DNA from: Tubulanus polymorphus | Taxonomy: Eukaryota > Animalia > Nemertea | Length of the DNA stretch: 49,060 nt | Assembly: GCF_964204645.1 (NCBI RefSeq) | Contig: NC_134031.1 | Coordinates: forward strand, 21,574,217-21,623,276 | Reading direction: 5' to 3' | Shown: positions 1 through 8,831 of the stretch, in pieces | Numbering within the stretch: the stretch's first letter is position 1 | How the letters are laid out: each line of letters begins with the position of its first letter | Program-made: the position numbers and the translations under genes | The notes under the pieces: model-generated | The model's input: only the letters and a program-made list of their open reading frames with translations | Databases searched by the model: none | Told to the model about the DNA's origin: nothing

Positions 1-2
1 AT

Positions 3-173
3 GCTTCATTTCAGTTAGGATCGGTTATGACATTAATTTCTACTGGTGTCATAACATTTTCGAACATCAAGCCTATGGAATATAAATCAGGTAAGAACGA
101 AACAGATGTACTACAACCAAACAGCGAAACAGAAAATGAATCAGAACAAAAATTAACTAAAATAAATGAGTGA
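3..173 (+). CDS. 3' end of a Polinton ORF of unknown function (partial)
   Basis: Open frame from the window edge, ASFQLGSVMTLISTGVITF...EQKLTKINE*, overlapping the next ATG at 166. Confidence 0.45.
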   Translation, partial: ASFQLGSVMTLISTGVITFSNIKPMEYKSGKNETDVLQPNSETENESEQKLTKINE

Positions 174-531
174 TAGCGTTAAGAAAAAGGCTAGATCCGA
201 GAAACAAATTATATGGGCAAGAGAATTAGGTAAAAGATCTTCAGAATTAAAAAAAGCTAAAAAAAGAAATTAACTGATATAAATGAATCACAGACTTTAT
301 CTGATATTGATTCAAATAATAATCCATCTGATTCTTCTAATGCTGGAAGTAATTATAAATTATATATTACAATTGGATTAGTAACAGTTATTATATTATC
401 CGGTGTAATATATAAATCAAAATTCAAATCTGATGATAAAGATGATTCCAATGACAATAAACCTATTATACCAGAAAATAAGTCAAATCATAAAGTCATT
501 GAAACTTAATCTAAATTATTATTAATGGATT
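166..531 (+). pseudogene. Small Polinton membrane protein, frameshifted
   Basis: TAAATG start; basic N-terminus MSDSVKKKARSEKQIIWARELGKR, frameshift near the A-run at ~260-270, then hydrophobic LYITIGLVTVIILSGVIY; stop at 507-509 (a further stop at ~530). Confidence 0.5.
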
Positions 532-539
532 AAAATAAG

Positions 540-1630
540 ATGAAAAAAGAACAATATTTAAGAGATTTATATTATAACCCAGAAAGTGAAGTATCATATT
601 CTAACGTTTCAGAATTATGGAATAAAATTAAATCTGATGATGAAAATGGTAATATAAAATATAGTGAATTGAAATCATGGTTACAAAATCAACCAACATA
701 TCAAATCCACCAGAAAATGGATAAAACTTATTTAACAAGAAAGGTTATGGTTTCATATATCGATCAACAATGGCAAGCAGATTTAATTGACATGAAGAAC
801 TTAGAGGAATACAACAAAGGATATTTCTGGATATTAAATGTTATAGACATATTCAGTAGATACGCATGGTCAATTCCAATCAAAAATAAAACTGGAATAG
901 AAGTAACAAATGCTTTTAAATCAATATTTAAAGAAGCTATTCCAGATAAGATACAATTTGATGAAGGTAAGGAATTCTATAACAAACATTTTAAAAAACT
1001 ATTATCTGATAACGATGTAGATTATTTTTCAACACACTCAGATAAAAAAGCATCTATTATAGAAAGATTTAATAAAACATTGAAAACTAGAATGTGGAAA
1101 TATTTTACTGCTAATGAAACATATAAATATATCGATGTATTAGATGATTTAGTGAAAGGTTATAAAATTCTAAACAAAGTTCTATAAATATGAAACCTAT
1201 ACAAGCTAGAAAAGAAGATAATTCAGAAATAGTTTGGAATAATTTATATGGCGCATTTGTTACACATGATTTCGGAGAACCTAAATTTAAAATTGGACAA
1301 CACGTTAGAATATCTAAATATAGAAAAACATTTTATAAAGGTTATACCCCTAATTTTACAGAAGAAATATTCAAGATTAAAAAGATAATATTAACTAAAC
1401 CATTTGTTTATAAATTAGAAGATTTAAAAGATGAAGAAATATTAGGTTATTTCTATGAACAAGAATTATCACTTGTACCAAATCCAGATGAAATAGAATA
1501 CAAAATAGAAAAATTATTGAAAACAAAAACTCTTAAAGGAAAAAAGTATTCTTTGGTGAAATATAAAGGATATGATGATAAATTTGATGAATGGATTTTA
1601 TCTAGTAAAATTAAAAGAATAAATGAATAA
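540..1630 (+). pseudogene. int: Retroviral-like (rve) integrase with C-terminal chromodomain, one frameshift
   Basis: QWQADLIDM / IQFDEGKEF / SIIERFNKTLK give the D-D-E triad. ORFs 540-1187 and 1190-1630 join by a 1-bp indel near 1165 (restores GY.NSKQSSINMKP). Chromo-like tail YKIEKLLK...SLVKYKGYDDKFDEWI. Confidence 0.92.
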
Positions 1631-2234
1631 AGATTTATTTATATTTGAACCGCATAATATGTTAATAACTGGAGTAACCAATTGTGGTAAAACACATTTC
1701 ATATTAGATTTGTTAGAAACTATTTATAAGAATCATTTTGATAATATAATATTATTCTGTCCTACTTATGAAATGAATAAAACATATAATAGAGATATAG
1801 TTAAGATGAAAAAGTTTATTATATTAAATCCTAAAACAGTAAAAGAAAATTTAGATAATTGTATAACAATAGCAATTCATACTTATAAAGGATCAAATAC
1901 ATTATTCATTGTAGATGATTGCGCAAATTTACATGATTCAAAAGTTAGAGAAATTGAGTTATGTTATCTAGCTTTCTCTGGGAGACATTTTGGGATAACA
2001 ACATGGGTTTTAAATCAAAAATATAATTCAATTGTTAAAGACTTTAGGGAGAATATAAGATTTCTAGTTTTATTTTACAATAAAGATAGAAAATCTATGC
2101 AACAATCATTGGAAGAAAATCAAATTATACCTACTGAATTACATGATGGATATATGAATAAATTAAAGAATAATAAAGGTTCAAAATTATTACTGAGATT
2201 ACAATTTCCATATGAATATAAATTTATAAGATAA
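1623..2234 (+). CDS. A32/FtsK-like genome packaging ATPase
   Basis: Walker A GVTNCGKT, Walker B LFIVDD, GRHFGITTWVLNQ and FREN motifs; adjacent to the integrase as in Polintons. Confidence 0.9.
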   Translation: MNKDLFIFEPHNMLITGVTNCGKTHFILDLLETIYKNHFDNIILFCPTYEMNKTYNRDIVKMKKFIILNPKTVKENLDNCITIAIHTYKGSNTLFIVDDCANLHDSKVREIELCYLAFSGRHFGITTWVLNQKYNSIVKDFRENIRFLVLFYNKDRKSMQQSLEENQIIPTELHDGYMNKLKNNKGSKLLLRLQFPYEYKFIR

Positions 2235-2251
2235 CTATTTATAATTTGGAA

Positions 2252-2599
2252 TATTATAGAAACTAATTTATATATCTATGTACAAGACGTACGAGTAAGA
2301 AAGTAAGATTCTTAGATTCTTACGTACGTCTAGTACATAGATATATAAATTATTAAATGAATTATGTAAAAATGAATAAATTATATGTTTTCTCTTAATA
2401 ATAATAAAAATAGATTATATTATAACTATTTCTATACTTAGATTAATAATTTTTTTTTAATTTAAATGTTTTTAATTTTTATGAAAACTATTATATGTAT
2501 CTATGTACTAGACGTACGAGTAAGAAAGTAAGATTTCTTGGATTCTTGGATTCTTACTCGTACGTCTAGTACATAGTTATATAAATTAGTTTTATAATA
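2252..2599. repeat. Two related long hairpins filling the convergent intergenic region
   Basis: Hairpin 1: 30-bp arms 2264-2293 / 2323-2352 (1 mismatch). Hairpin 2: perfect 26-bp arms 2501-2526 / 2551-2576. Both share CTATGTACWAGACGTACGAGTAAGAA. Confidence 0.9.
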
Positions 2600-2600
2600 A

Positions 2601-3809
2601 TTATTCTAATTTTGTTTCTAATATATTTATAAAATCATCTCTGTTTATATCTAATTCACCAAAAGTCTTAGGTAGATTTATTAATTTTAATTGAGCCATC
2701 TTAACATAATAATTAGTAGGTATATTAGCTTTTTCTCTTAATTTTTCTAAGTATTCATCAAAATCATCATTATCAAAATCAAATTGATATCCAAAATGTT
2801 TTATCAGATAACTTAAATCTATTTTTCTAATATATAATAATTTATATATTTGTTTAGGATTATCTTCTGCATAAGCTAATAATTTATCATATAAAAACTT
2901 ATAGAATATATAATATTGGTTAGTTTTAGGATTAAAATATCTGATATATTTATTTGGGTTATTTAACAATGGTATCATACTCACCATTTTATAAACATTA
3001 ATTAGATGTAACTTTGATTTATAATGAGTATTTTCATCAACAGGATCAATTTTCTTATTACAATATTGGCACGTTTTATTTCTTTCTATTTCTTCTAATT
3101 TCTTTTCATGTTCTTCTAACTTCCTTTCATTTTCGATATGCGCTTGAGATTTTTTATGTTTAGAAAAATTACTTTTAGAAATATCTAAATAACAAATGTT
3201 ACAATGTTTTTTAGAATCATCAATTGTTTCATTATCATTAGTTTCAATTGTATCAACATTATCTGTTTTATTATCTATGGTATCATTTGTTTCAATTGTA
3301 TTAACATTATCTATGATATTATCTATTATATTATTATCAGATATATTATTATCATTATTATTCTTTTCTTTTTCTATATGTTTATTTGATTTCTTATGTG
3401 ATGCCCAATTTTTATATGATATATATTTCTTACATACATCACAATATTTTTCATTTGTCTTTTTGGTTTTGATATCAGGTTCAATCTTATCATTATTAGA
3501 TGTAGAAGGTATTACATTATTAGATGTAGAAGGTATTACATTATTAGATGTAGTAGGTATTACATTATTAGATGTAGAAGGTATTGCATTATTAGATGTA
3601 GAAGGTATTACATTATTATCAATTACATTACTTAAATTATCAACAACACCACTTTTATTATTATCGATTTCTATTAGTTTAGTTTTATAAATTTTGAAAA
3701 TAGGATCAAATATCAAAGCTATATTACAAGGTATTACATAATATAAACCATCACTATTTTCATGTGTATCGATGTATGGAATATGTTTATATACTTTACC
3801 TCCTTCCAT
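2601..3809 (-). CDS. Polinton accessory protein with three U1/matrin-type zinc fingers and NN(V/A)IPSTS repeats
   Basis: Intact 402 aa; CDVC..H..H, CNIC..H..H, CQYC..H..H; 24-bp coding tandem repeat x5 at ~3490-3620. Confidence 0.8.
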   Translation of the reverse strand: MEGGKVYKHIPYIDTHENSDGLYYVIPCNIALIFDPIFKIYKTKLIEIDNNKSGVVDNLSNVIDNNVIPSTSNNAIPSTSNNVIPTTSNNVIPSTSNNVIPSTSNNDKIEPDIKTKKTNEKYCDVCKKYISYKNWASHKKSNKHIEKEKNNNDNNISDNNIIDNIIDNVNTIETNDTIDNKTDNVDTIETNDNETIDDSKKHCNICYLDISKSNFSKHKKSQAHIENERKLEEHEKKLEEIERNKTCQYCNKKIDPVDENTHYKSKLHLINVYKMVSMIPLLNNPNKYIRYFNPKTNQYYIFYKFLYDKLLAYAEDNPKQIYKLLYIRKIDLSYLIKHFGYQFDFDNDDFDEYLEKLREKANIPTNYYVKMAQLKLINLPKTFGELDINRDDFINILETKLE

Positions 3810-3841
3810 TTATTATATAAATTTTTATTAAAGTTAAAATT

Positions 3842-5094
3842 TTAATACATAACACTATTTAATTGAGAATTTACAATATTTAATTGTGCGTCAGATATAA
3901 TATAAATATGCATTTTGAAATTTAGGCTTCCTTTTTTCTTTGTCATGAATAATTGTATTCCATCTTAAGTGTTTTGTAATTTTTTTTCCAGAACCATGTA
4001 ATGAATTATCCTCTGTTGTTCTAAAATCTAACCATAATGCATATTTATTGCCGGTATAATAATCAATTTGATTAATATTACAATTTTCAGATGATTTCAC
4101 TTTTTCATTCATAAAATGTTTTCTAATTTCTGGCCATTGATCTATCATTCTGATTCCTTGACAAAATATTTTATTTGCTATTCCTTCGATTTTCTACTAT
4201 TTCTACTTTTGTTATTTCAGGATTATAATAATTATCAACATTTATTGCGCCATTAGTATATGTTGCAATGGTAAAAAATATTAATATACTTTCAATAGAT
4301 CTTCTTGGGAAGTTAATATTCTCATTAATAATCTCATCATTTGCATTAATAGTTACGGTTTTAAATTTATCAATATAATCATATAATAATGAAAATCCTT
4401 GATTGTATTTAGTTTGAATTATACTTGAAATATTTTCATCAGTTACTGTATCATATTCTAAACATATATTCGATAATTTATAACTCATATCTTTATTAAC
4501 GCTAGATATTACAATTTCATTAACAGGAGCAAATGTTATTTCGAATATAACATCTTCTTGAATTGCGTATTTATATAAAGGTGCATTATTATTTATCAAT
4601 TCAAAGTCTAATGGAATTTTATATTTGCTTCCATATATACTTTTTATCAATTTATCTGTAGCATTAGTTAATATTGCATTATGTGCTTCTGATCTTAATT
4701 TATTTTTGTTTTCTGATTGCATGCCTTGAAATATCATATTATTTCCATTTTCTTTAGTTAACCATAAATCTTTATAATGCATAAATAAATTATAATCATC
4801 TAATGAGAAAACTGTTTCTGGACCAATCTTTATTGTTAATTTTTTAATCAAATACCTTCCAACATTATCAACAACATAATTATTATTATTACCGATTACT
4901 TTTATATCGGCTGATAAAATAATACTATTTGGAACATAAAAAGTATTTTGTGTTAATCTAGGAATTCTAACATATAAAGTTTCATCAGGATTAATATTAG
5001 AAGGGTTATGAGTAATTATATGATGTGATCTTTCTGCTTTAATAGCATTAGATATTCTATGATTCTTAGAAGGATTTATATTATTTCCACTCAT
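3842..5094 (-). pseudogene. Major capsid protein (predicted double jelly-roll), frameshifted
   Basis: ORFs 4171-5094 and 3891-4148 plus a third frame (...IYIISDAQLNIVNSQLNSVMY*) join to ~415 aa; beta-rich motifs LIKKLTIKIG, YKIPLDF, VIFEITFAP, YKLSNICLEYD; size and position fit a Polinton MCP. Confidence 0.75.
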
Positions 5095-5114
5095 TTATTT
5101 AACAAAAAAATTAA

Positions 5115-5840
5115 TTATTTAATTTTTATCATGTTTACTAATCCACCTTCACTATTTTCTAAAATGAAATTAACCCAACCATTATTGTTTTGTTGTTGTA
5201 TATTATTATAATATTTTGGTAATTCATTCCAATTTATTGTTCTTATATCTGAATTTGTCATTTGTATTTTTCCAAATTCTTTAGTATATAATATTCCTAA
5301 TCCACCCATTGTTCCAATTTTTGCTCTAAAATCTTTATTTGCATTAATATTAAATTCATTACATATTTTATAAAACTTAGAAAAATTAATATTATTATTC
5401 AATTCTTTAAAATATTTTGAACCTGGTAAAGGACATTCTAATTCATCTAATATTAATTTTATTTGAAAATATGTATGAAATCTAAAAAGTGATAACATCA
5501 ATGGTAAACTTGGTTTGTTTAAATGATCATTCCAACTAATTCCAAATCCTGTTGTTGCGCAATAAACAGCAAAATTTAATTGGTTATGCCAATACTTCAT
5601 ATTCGATTTTAATAACCATTGTTTTGCCTCATTTAAATTTTTGAAATTAATTGTATACCCATGAAATATATTTTCCATCTTTACATGAAAATTATTACTT
5701 TCAGTAACATAAATATATAAATCAATTAATGAATTTAAAACTTCATTTCTATATGTAATATCTTTATTAAAATCTATTGCTGGAATATTATATTTAATTG
5801 ATGTATTATATTGGAAAGCTTTTGGAAAACTATCTACCAT
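5115..5840 (-). CDS. Polinton protein of unknown function
   Basis: Intact 241-aa ORF in the structural block (WHNQLNFAVYCATTG; FRFHTYFQ) with the shared upstream motif. Confidence 0.7.
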   Translation of the reverse strand: MVDSFPKAFQYNTSIKYNIPAIDFNKDITYRNEVLNSLIDLYIYVTESNNFHVKMENIFHGYTINFKNLNEAKQWLLKSNMKYWHNQLNFAVYCATTGFGISWNDHLNKPSLPLMLSLFRFHTYFQIKLILDELECPLPGSKYFKELNNNINFSKFYKICNEFNINANKDFRAKIGTMGGLGILYTKEFGKIQMTNSDIRTINWNELPKYYNNIQQQNNNGWVNFILENSEGGLVNMIKIK

Positions 5841-5856
5841 TTATATAATAAAAAAA

Positions 5857-6281
5857 TTAATAATTTATTAATTCTTTTAATAATTTATCTTGTTCTTCAA
5901 CTGTTATATGACCATTTAAACTTATTATATAATCTAGTGTATTTTTTAATTTATTAATTTCTTTTATATTTGTTTTAATTTTTTCTTTATTACTTTTTAT
6001 ATTTAATTTTGAACTTATACCGGTTAAAACACTTGAACTTAATCCTAGTACGCCAATTGATATAGCTAAAGGTGTTAATGGACTGAATATTGCTACAAAT
6101 GTTATTACAGAACTAATTGTAACCGAACCACTGATAATAAGATAATATATAATTTTACTTTTAAATATTTTTTCTTTTTAACTTTTAAGTCACTTTCAAA
6201 TTCTAATATTTGTTTTTCTAAATATATTTTTAATTTAGTTTTATTTATATCATTAGGAATATTATCAATATTATCATCCAT
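5857..6281 (-). pseudogene. Two-TM small protein, frameshifted (absent from the ORF track)
   Basis: ATG at 6281; 1-bp loss near 6153; restored KKKYLKVKIIYYLIISGSVTISSVITFVAIFSPLTPLAISIGVLGLSSSVLTGISSKLNIK...; stop 5857-5859. Confidence 0.65.
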
Positions 6282-6301
6282 TTATTTAGCAAAAAAAATT
6301 A

Positions 6302-6655
6302 CTAATTAGTAAACTTATAAGCAACAAATATAACAATAACTGTTCCCCCTAAAATCCATATTATTTCATATTTCTGTTGTTCTTTACTTGGGGTATAATA
6401 ATCTGATAATTTAGGTTTGTATAGATGTAATTTTTCTTTATTGGTTACCGCGTTATATAAACTCATTGCATCATCAACTGCTTTATTGTATTTCCCTAAC
6501 GCTAAGTTATGTCTTTTTTGTTCTGTTAATGATCCATTTTTATCAATATGCTTAAATAAATAACCACCGCCAGCTAATGCTAAAGCGTTAACAATTGCCG
6601 ATCCAATAATAGTTATAACTGCAGAAGCCATTAATTTAATAAAATAACTATGCAT
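6302..6655 (-). CDS. Small membrane protein (N- and C-terminal hydrophobic segments)
   Basis: AVITIIGSAIVNALALAGGGYLF and IIWILGGTVIVIFVAY. Confidence 0.7.
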   Translation of the reverse strand: MHSYFIKLMASAVITIIGSAIVNALALAGGGYLFKHIDKNGSLTEQKRHNLALGKYNKAVDDAMSLYNAVTNKEKLHLYKPKLSDYYTPSKEQQKYEIIWILGGTVIVIFVAYKFTN

Positions 6656-6877
6656 TTATATGGGAGGAATATATTTTTGTTTTTCTAAATAATCAATAGT
6701 TAAATTAGATAAAGTAACTGCTAATGTTAATTTTAAAATATCATTGATATCAAATCTATCAACATTAACACTTCCCATTTTAAATTCTTTTTTTAATACC
6801 ATTGAATAACTAACAGTTCCAACTGATAGTAATGCTCCATTATATAATCCAGTTATTATCCACTTATTATCACTCAT
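6656..6877 (-). CDS. Small hydrophobic Polinton protein
   Basis: 73 aa; its stop TAA abuts the next ATG; shared upstream motif. Confidence 0.65.
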   Translation of the reverse strand: MSDNKWIITGLYNGALLSVGTVSYSMVLKKEFKMGSVNVDRFDINDILKLTLAVTLSNLTIDYLEKQKYIPPI

Positions 6878-7154
6878 TTATTTATCAAAAAAATTACTAT
6901 CATCAAAATATTTAGTTAACTTATTTATGATTAAATCAACATTTATTTCATTACTAGTTTCATTTGTATATATTTCAATTATTATTTTTTTAATATCATC
7001 GATGATAAAATCTTCATCTAATTCATAAAATCATAAAGATTCTCTAATTAAATTAGTAATCTTATTAAAATACATCATTAATGTTAAATTCCATTTCTTT
7101 CTCATGTTTAAAATCAAACCCAAAACATATGCTCGGTCCAACAGTTATATTCAT
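6878..7154 (-). pseudogene. Small acidic ORF, disrupted
   Basis: Shared upstream motif then MNITVGPSICFGFDFKHEKEMEF...; needs one frameshift and one stop read-through. Confidence 0.45.
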
Positions 7155-7170
7155 TTATATAGTGAAAAAA

Positions 7171-7929
7171 TTACTCTCTACATCTTATAACTAATTCATA
7201 AATTACAGGAAAGTTATTCAAATCAATTAAATATCCATTGTGATTTCTTATTTCTAATTTAAAATTATTAAATTGAGGAATATAAGGTTTAAAATCACAT
7301 TCTGTTAAATTATAATTTATTTGAGTTCCAAATTGTTTAACATTTTTTAGCGGTAAAATATTTAGTATACTAGAACTACAAATTGTTTCTTTAGTTGCTT
7401 CGAAAGTTTTTGTAGGCTCGATTAAATTGCAATAAATATAAAAGTGTGTAAAAGGTATTATATTTGAATTACCATCTACGTTTCCTGTAACGGTATCTGG
7501 TACAATTCCTAACAGTTTAGCTATAGGTTTTTTTACCATAAATGCATGTTGACTTTCATCATATACCTTTATTTTAATTTTATTTGTGCTATCACTTTTT
7601 ATAAATCTAATTACAAATTTATCATCTCTTCTAATTTTCAACCGTGCTCTTCGATTAATTTCTTGAGCTAATTTATCTAAATTATATAATCCTGGTTTTG
7701 AAATTAGATGAAACCATTTATCTACATTTCTAATATGAATTAAAACAGTATTATCTTCAATAGTTTTATCCGATATATTATAAAAAGAATTACATAAACT
7801 TATATTTACTAATTTTAAATCTACACAATTCTTGAATTCTCTATCTAATTGTACCAGTAAATTATGAGATTTATAATTTGTAAGTTTTCTAGAATCAACA
7901 AATATTCTGTATTCTTTTAATTCTACCAT
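7171..7929 (-). CDS. Minor capsid (penton, single jelly-roll) protein
   Basis: IFVDSR N-terminus, LKLVNISL, FYIYCNLIEP, ILNILPL, FKLEIRNHNGYLIDLNN C-terminus as in Polinton pentons; 252 aa. Confidence 0.7.
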   Translation of the reverse strand: MVELKEYRIFVDSRKLTNYKSHNLLVQLDREFKNCVDLKLVNISLCNSFYNISDKTIEDNTVLIHIRNVDKWFHLISKPGLYNLDKLAQEINRRARLKIRRDDKFVIRFIKSDSTNKIKIKVYDESQHAFMVKKPIAKLLGIVPDTVTGNVDGNSNIIPFTHFYIYCNLIEPTKTFEATKETICSSSILNILPLKNVKQFGTQINYNLTECDFKPYIPQFNNFKLEIRNHNGYLIDLNNFPVIYELVIRCRE

Positions 7930-7946
7930 TTATTTTACATATTTTC

Positions 7947-8303
7947 TCATTCGAAATCTATTTCATGGTGCCCTTTTTCATTCTTACCTGTATTGTATAT
8001 GAAATAGAAATCTCCAGAACATAATTCTTCTAAATCTTCACTTGATAATCTATGAAATCTATCTGGTAAATATGTTCTGAATTTATATGTATTTCCTTTT
8101 AATCCTTCATATTCTAAGTGTATAACTAATTTATCTCCATATTTGTTAGTAACTGTATCAATATTTGTAATTAGATATTTCTTATGGATTATTAATTCTT
8201 TTAACTTCTTAAATTTATAATCTACTGATTTGACATTTGAAGTATCTTTTATTCTATCTAGAAATGATTTGTTGTTCTCACTGTGTGCTTGTTTACTCTC
8301 CAT
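7947..8303 (-). CDS. Small protein downstream of polB, possibly OB-fold ssDNA-binding protein
   Basis: Beta-rich 118 aa (KYLITNIDTVTNKYGDKLVIHLE, TYLPDRF), acidic end, co-oriented with polB. The SSB function is inference. Confidence 0.5.
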   Translation of the reverse strand: MESKQAHSENNKSFLDRIKDTSNVKSVDYKFKKLKELIIHKKYLITNIDTVTNKYGDKLVIHLEYEGLKGNTYKFRTYLPDRFHRLSSEDLEELCSGDFYFIYNTGKNEKGHHEIDFE

Positions 8304-8831
8304 TTTAATAACATATTTTTATTAAAATTTGATTAACACGTTAGAATTCTTTTCATTATCTCGTTCTCTTTTGTCTCTTCTCTTTTAAATTTTAAGTATT
8401 CATCTAAATTGCAACCATAAGCAACTGTATGAATTCCATCATCTAAAATATATCTTTTATCATCAAATGGGTTTAGACTTATCTTTTCAATTTCTTCAAT
8501 AAACATTTCATGATCTTCAGATCTTAAACATCTCATCTTATGTTTTCTAACTTCTTCATTGAATAAACAATTGATGTAATCTTTGAAATGAATATTCTTT
8601 TCTACTACACTTTTGGTTATTCCTTTTAACTTTTTAGCTTCATGTTCTTTAGTTTTATATGAATACATTTTAGATCTAATACCAATGAATTCAATCATTT
8701 CTTCGCCACCTAATTCATCCTTAAACTTCCCTGGAACTTTTTTATTATCATTGCTAAACAATTCCTGATCTTTAGGATAATTACTGAAATCAAAATGATG
8801 TTTTAATGTTTTTAAATCATTAGTTATGTTA

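Noticed and set aside
3196-3690. Hydrophobic + strand ORFs
   Set aside because: Antisense shadows of the Asn/Asp-rich zinc-finger gene.
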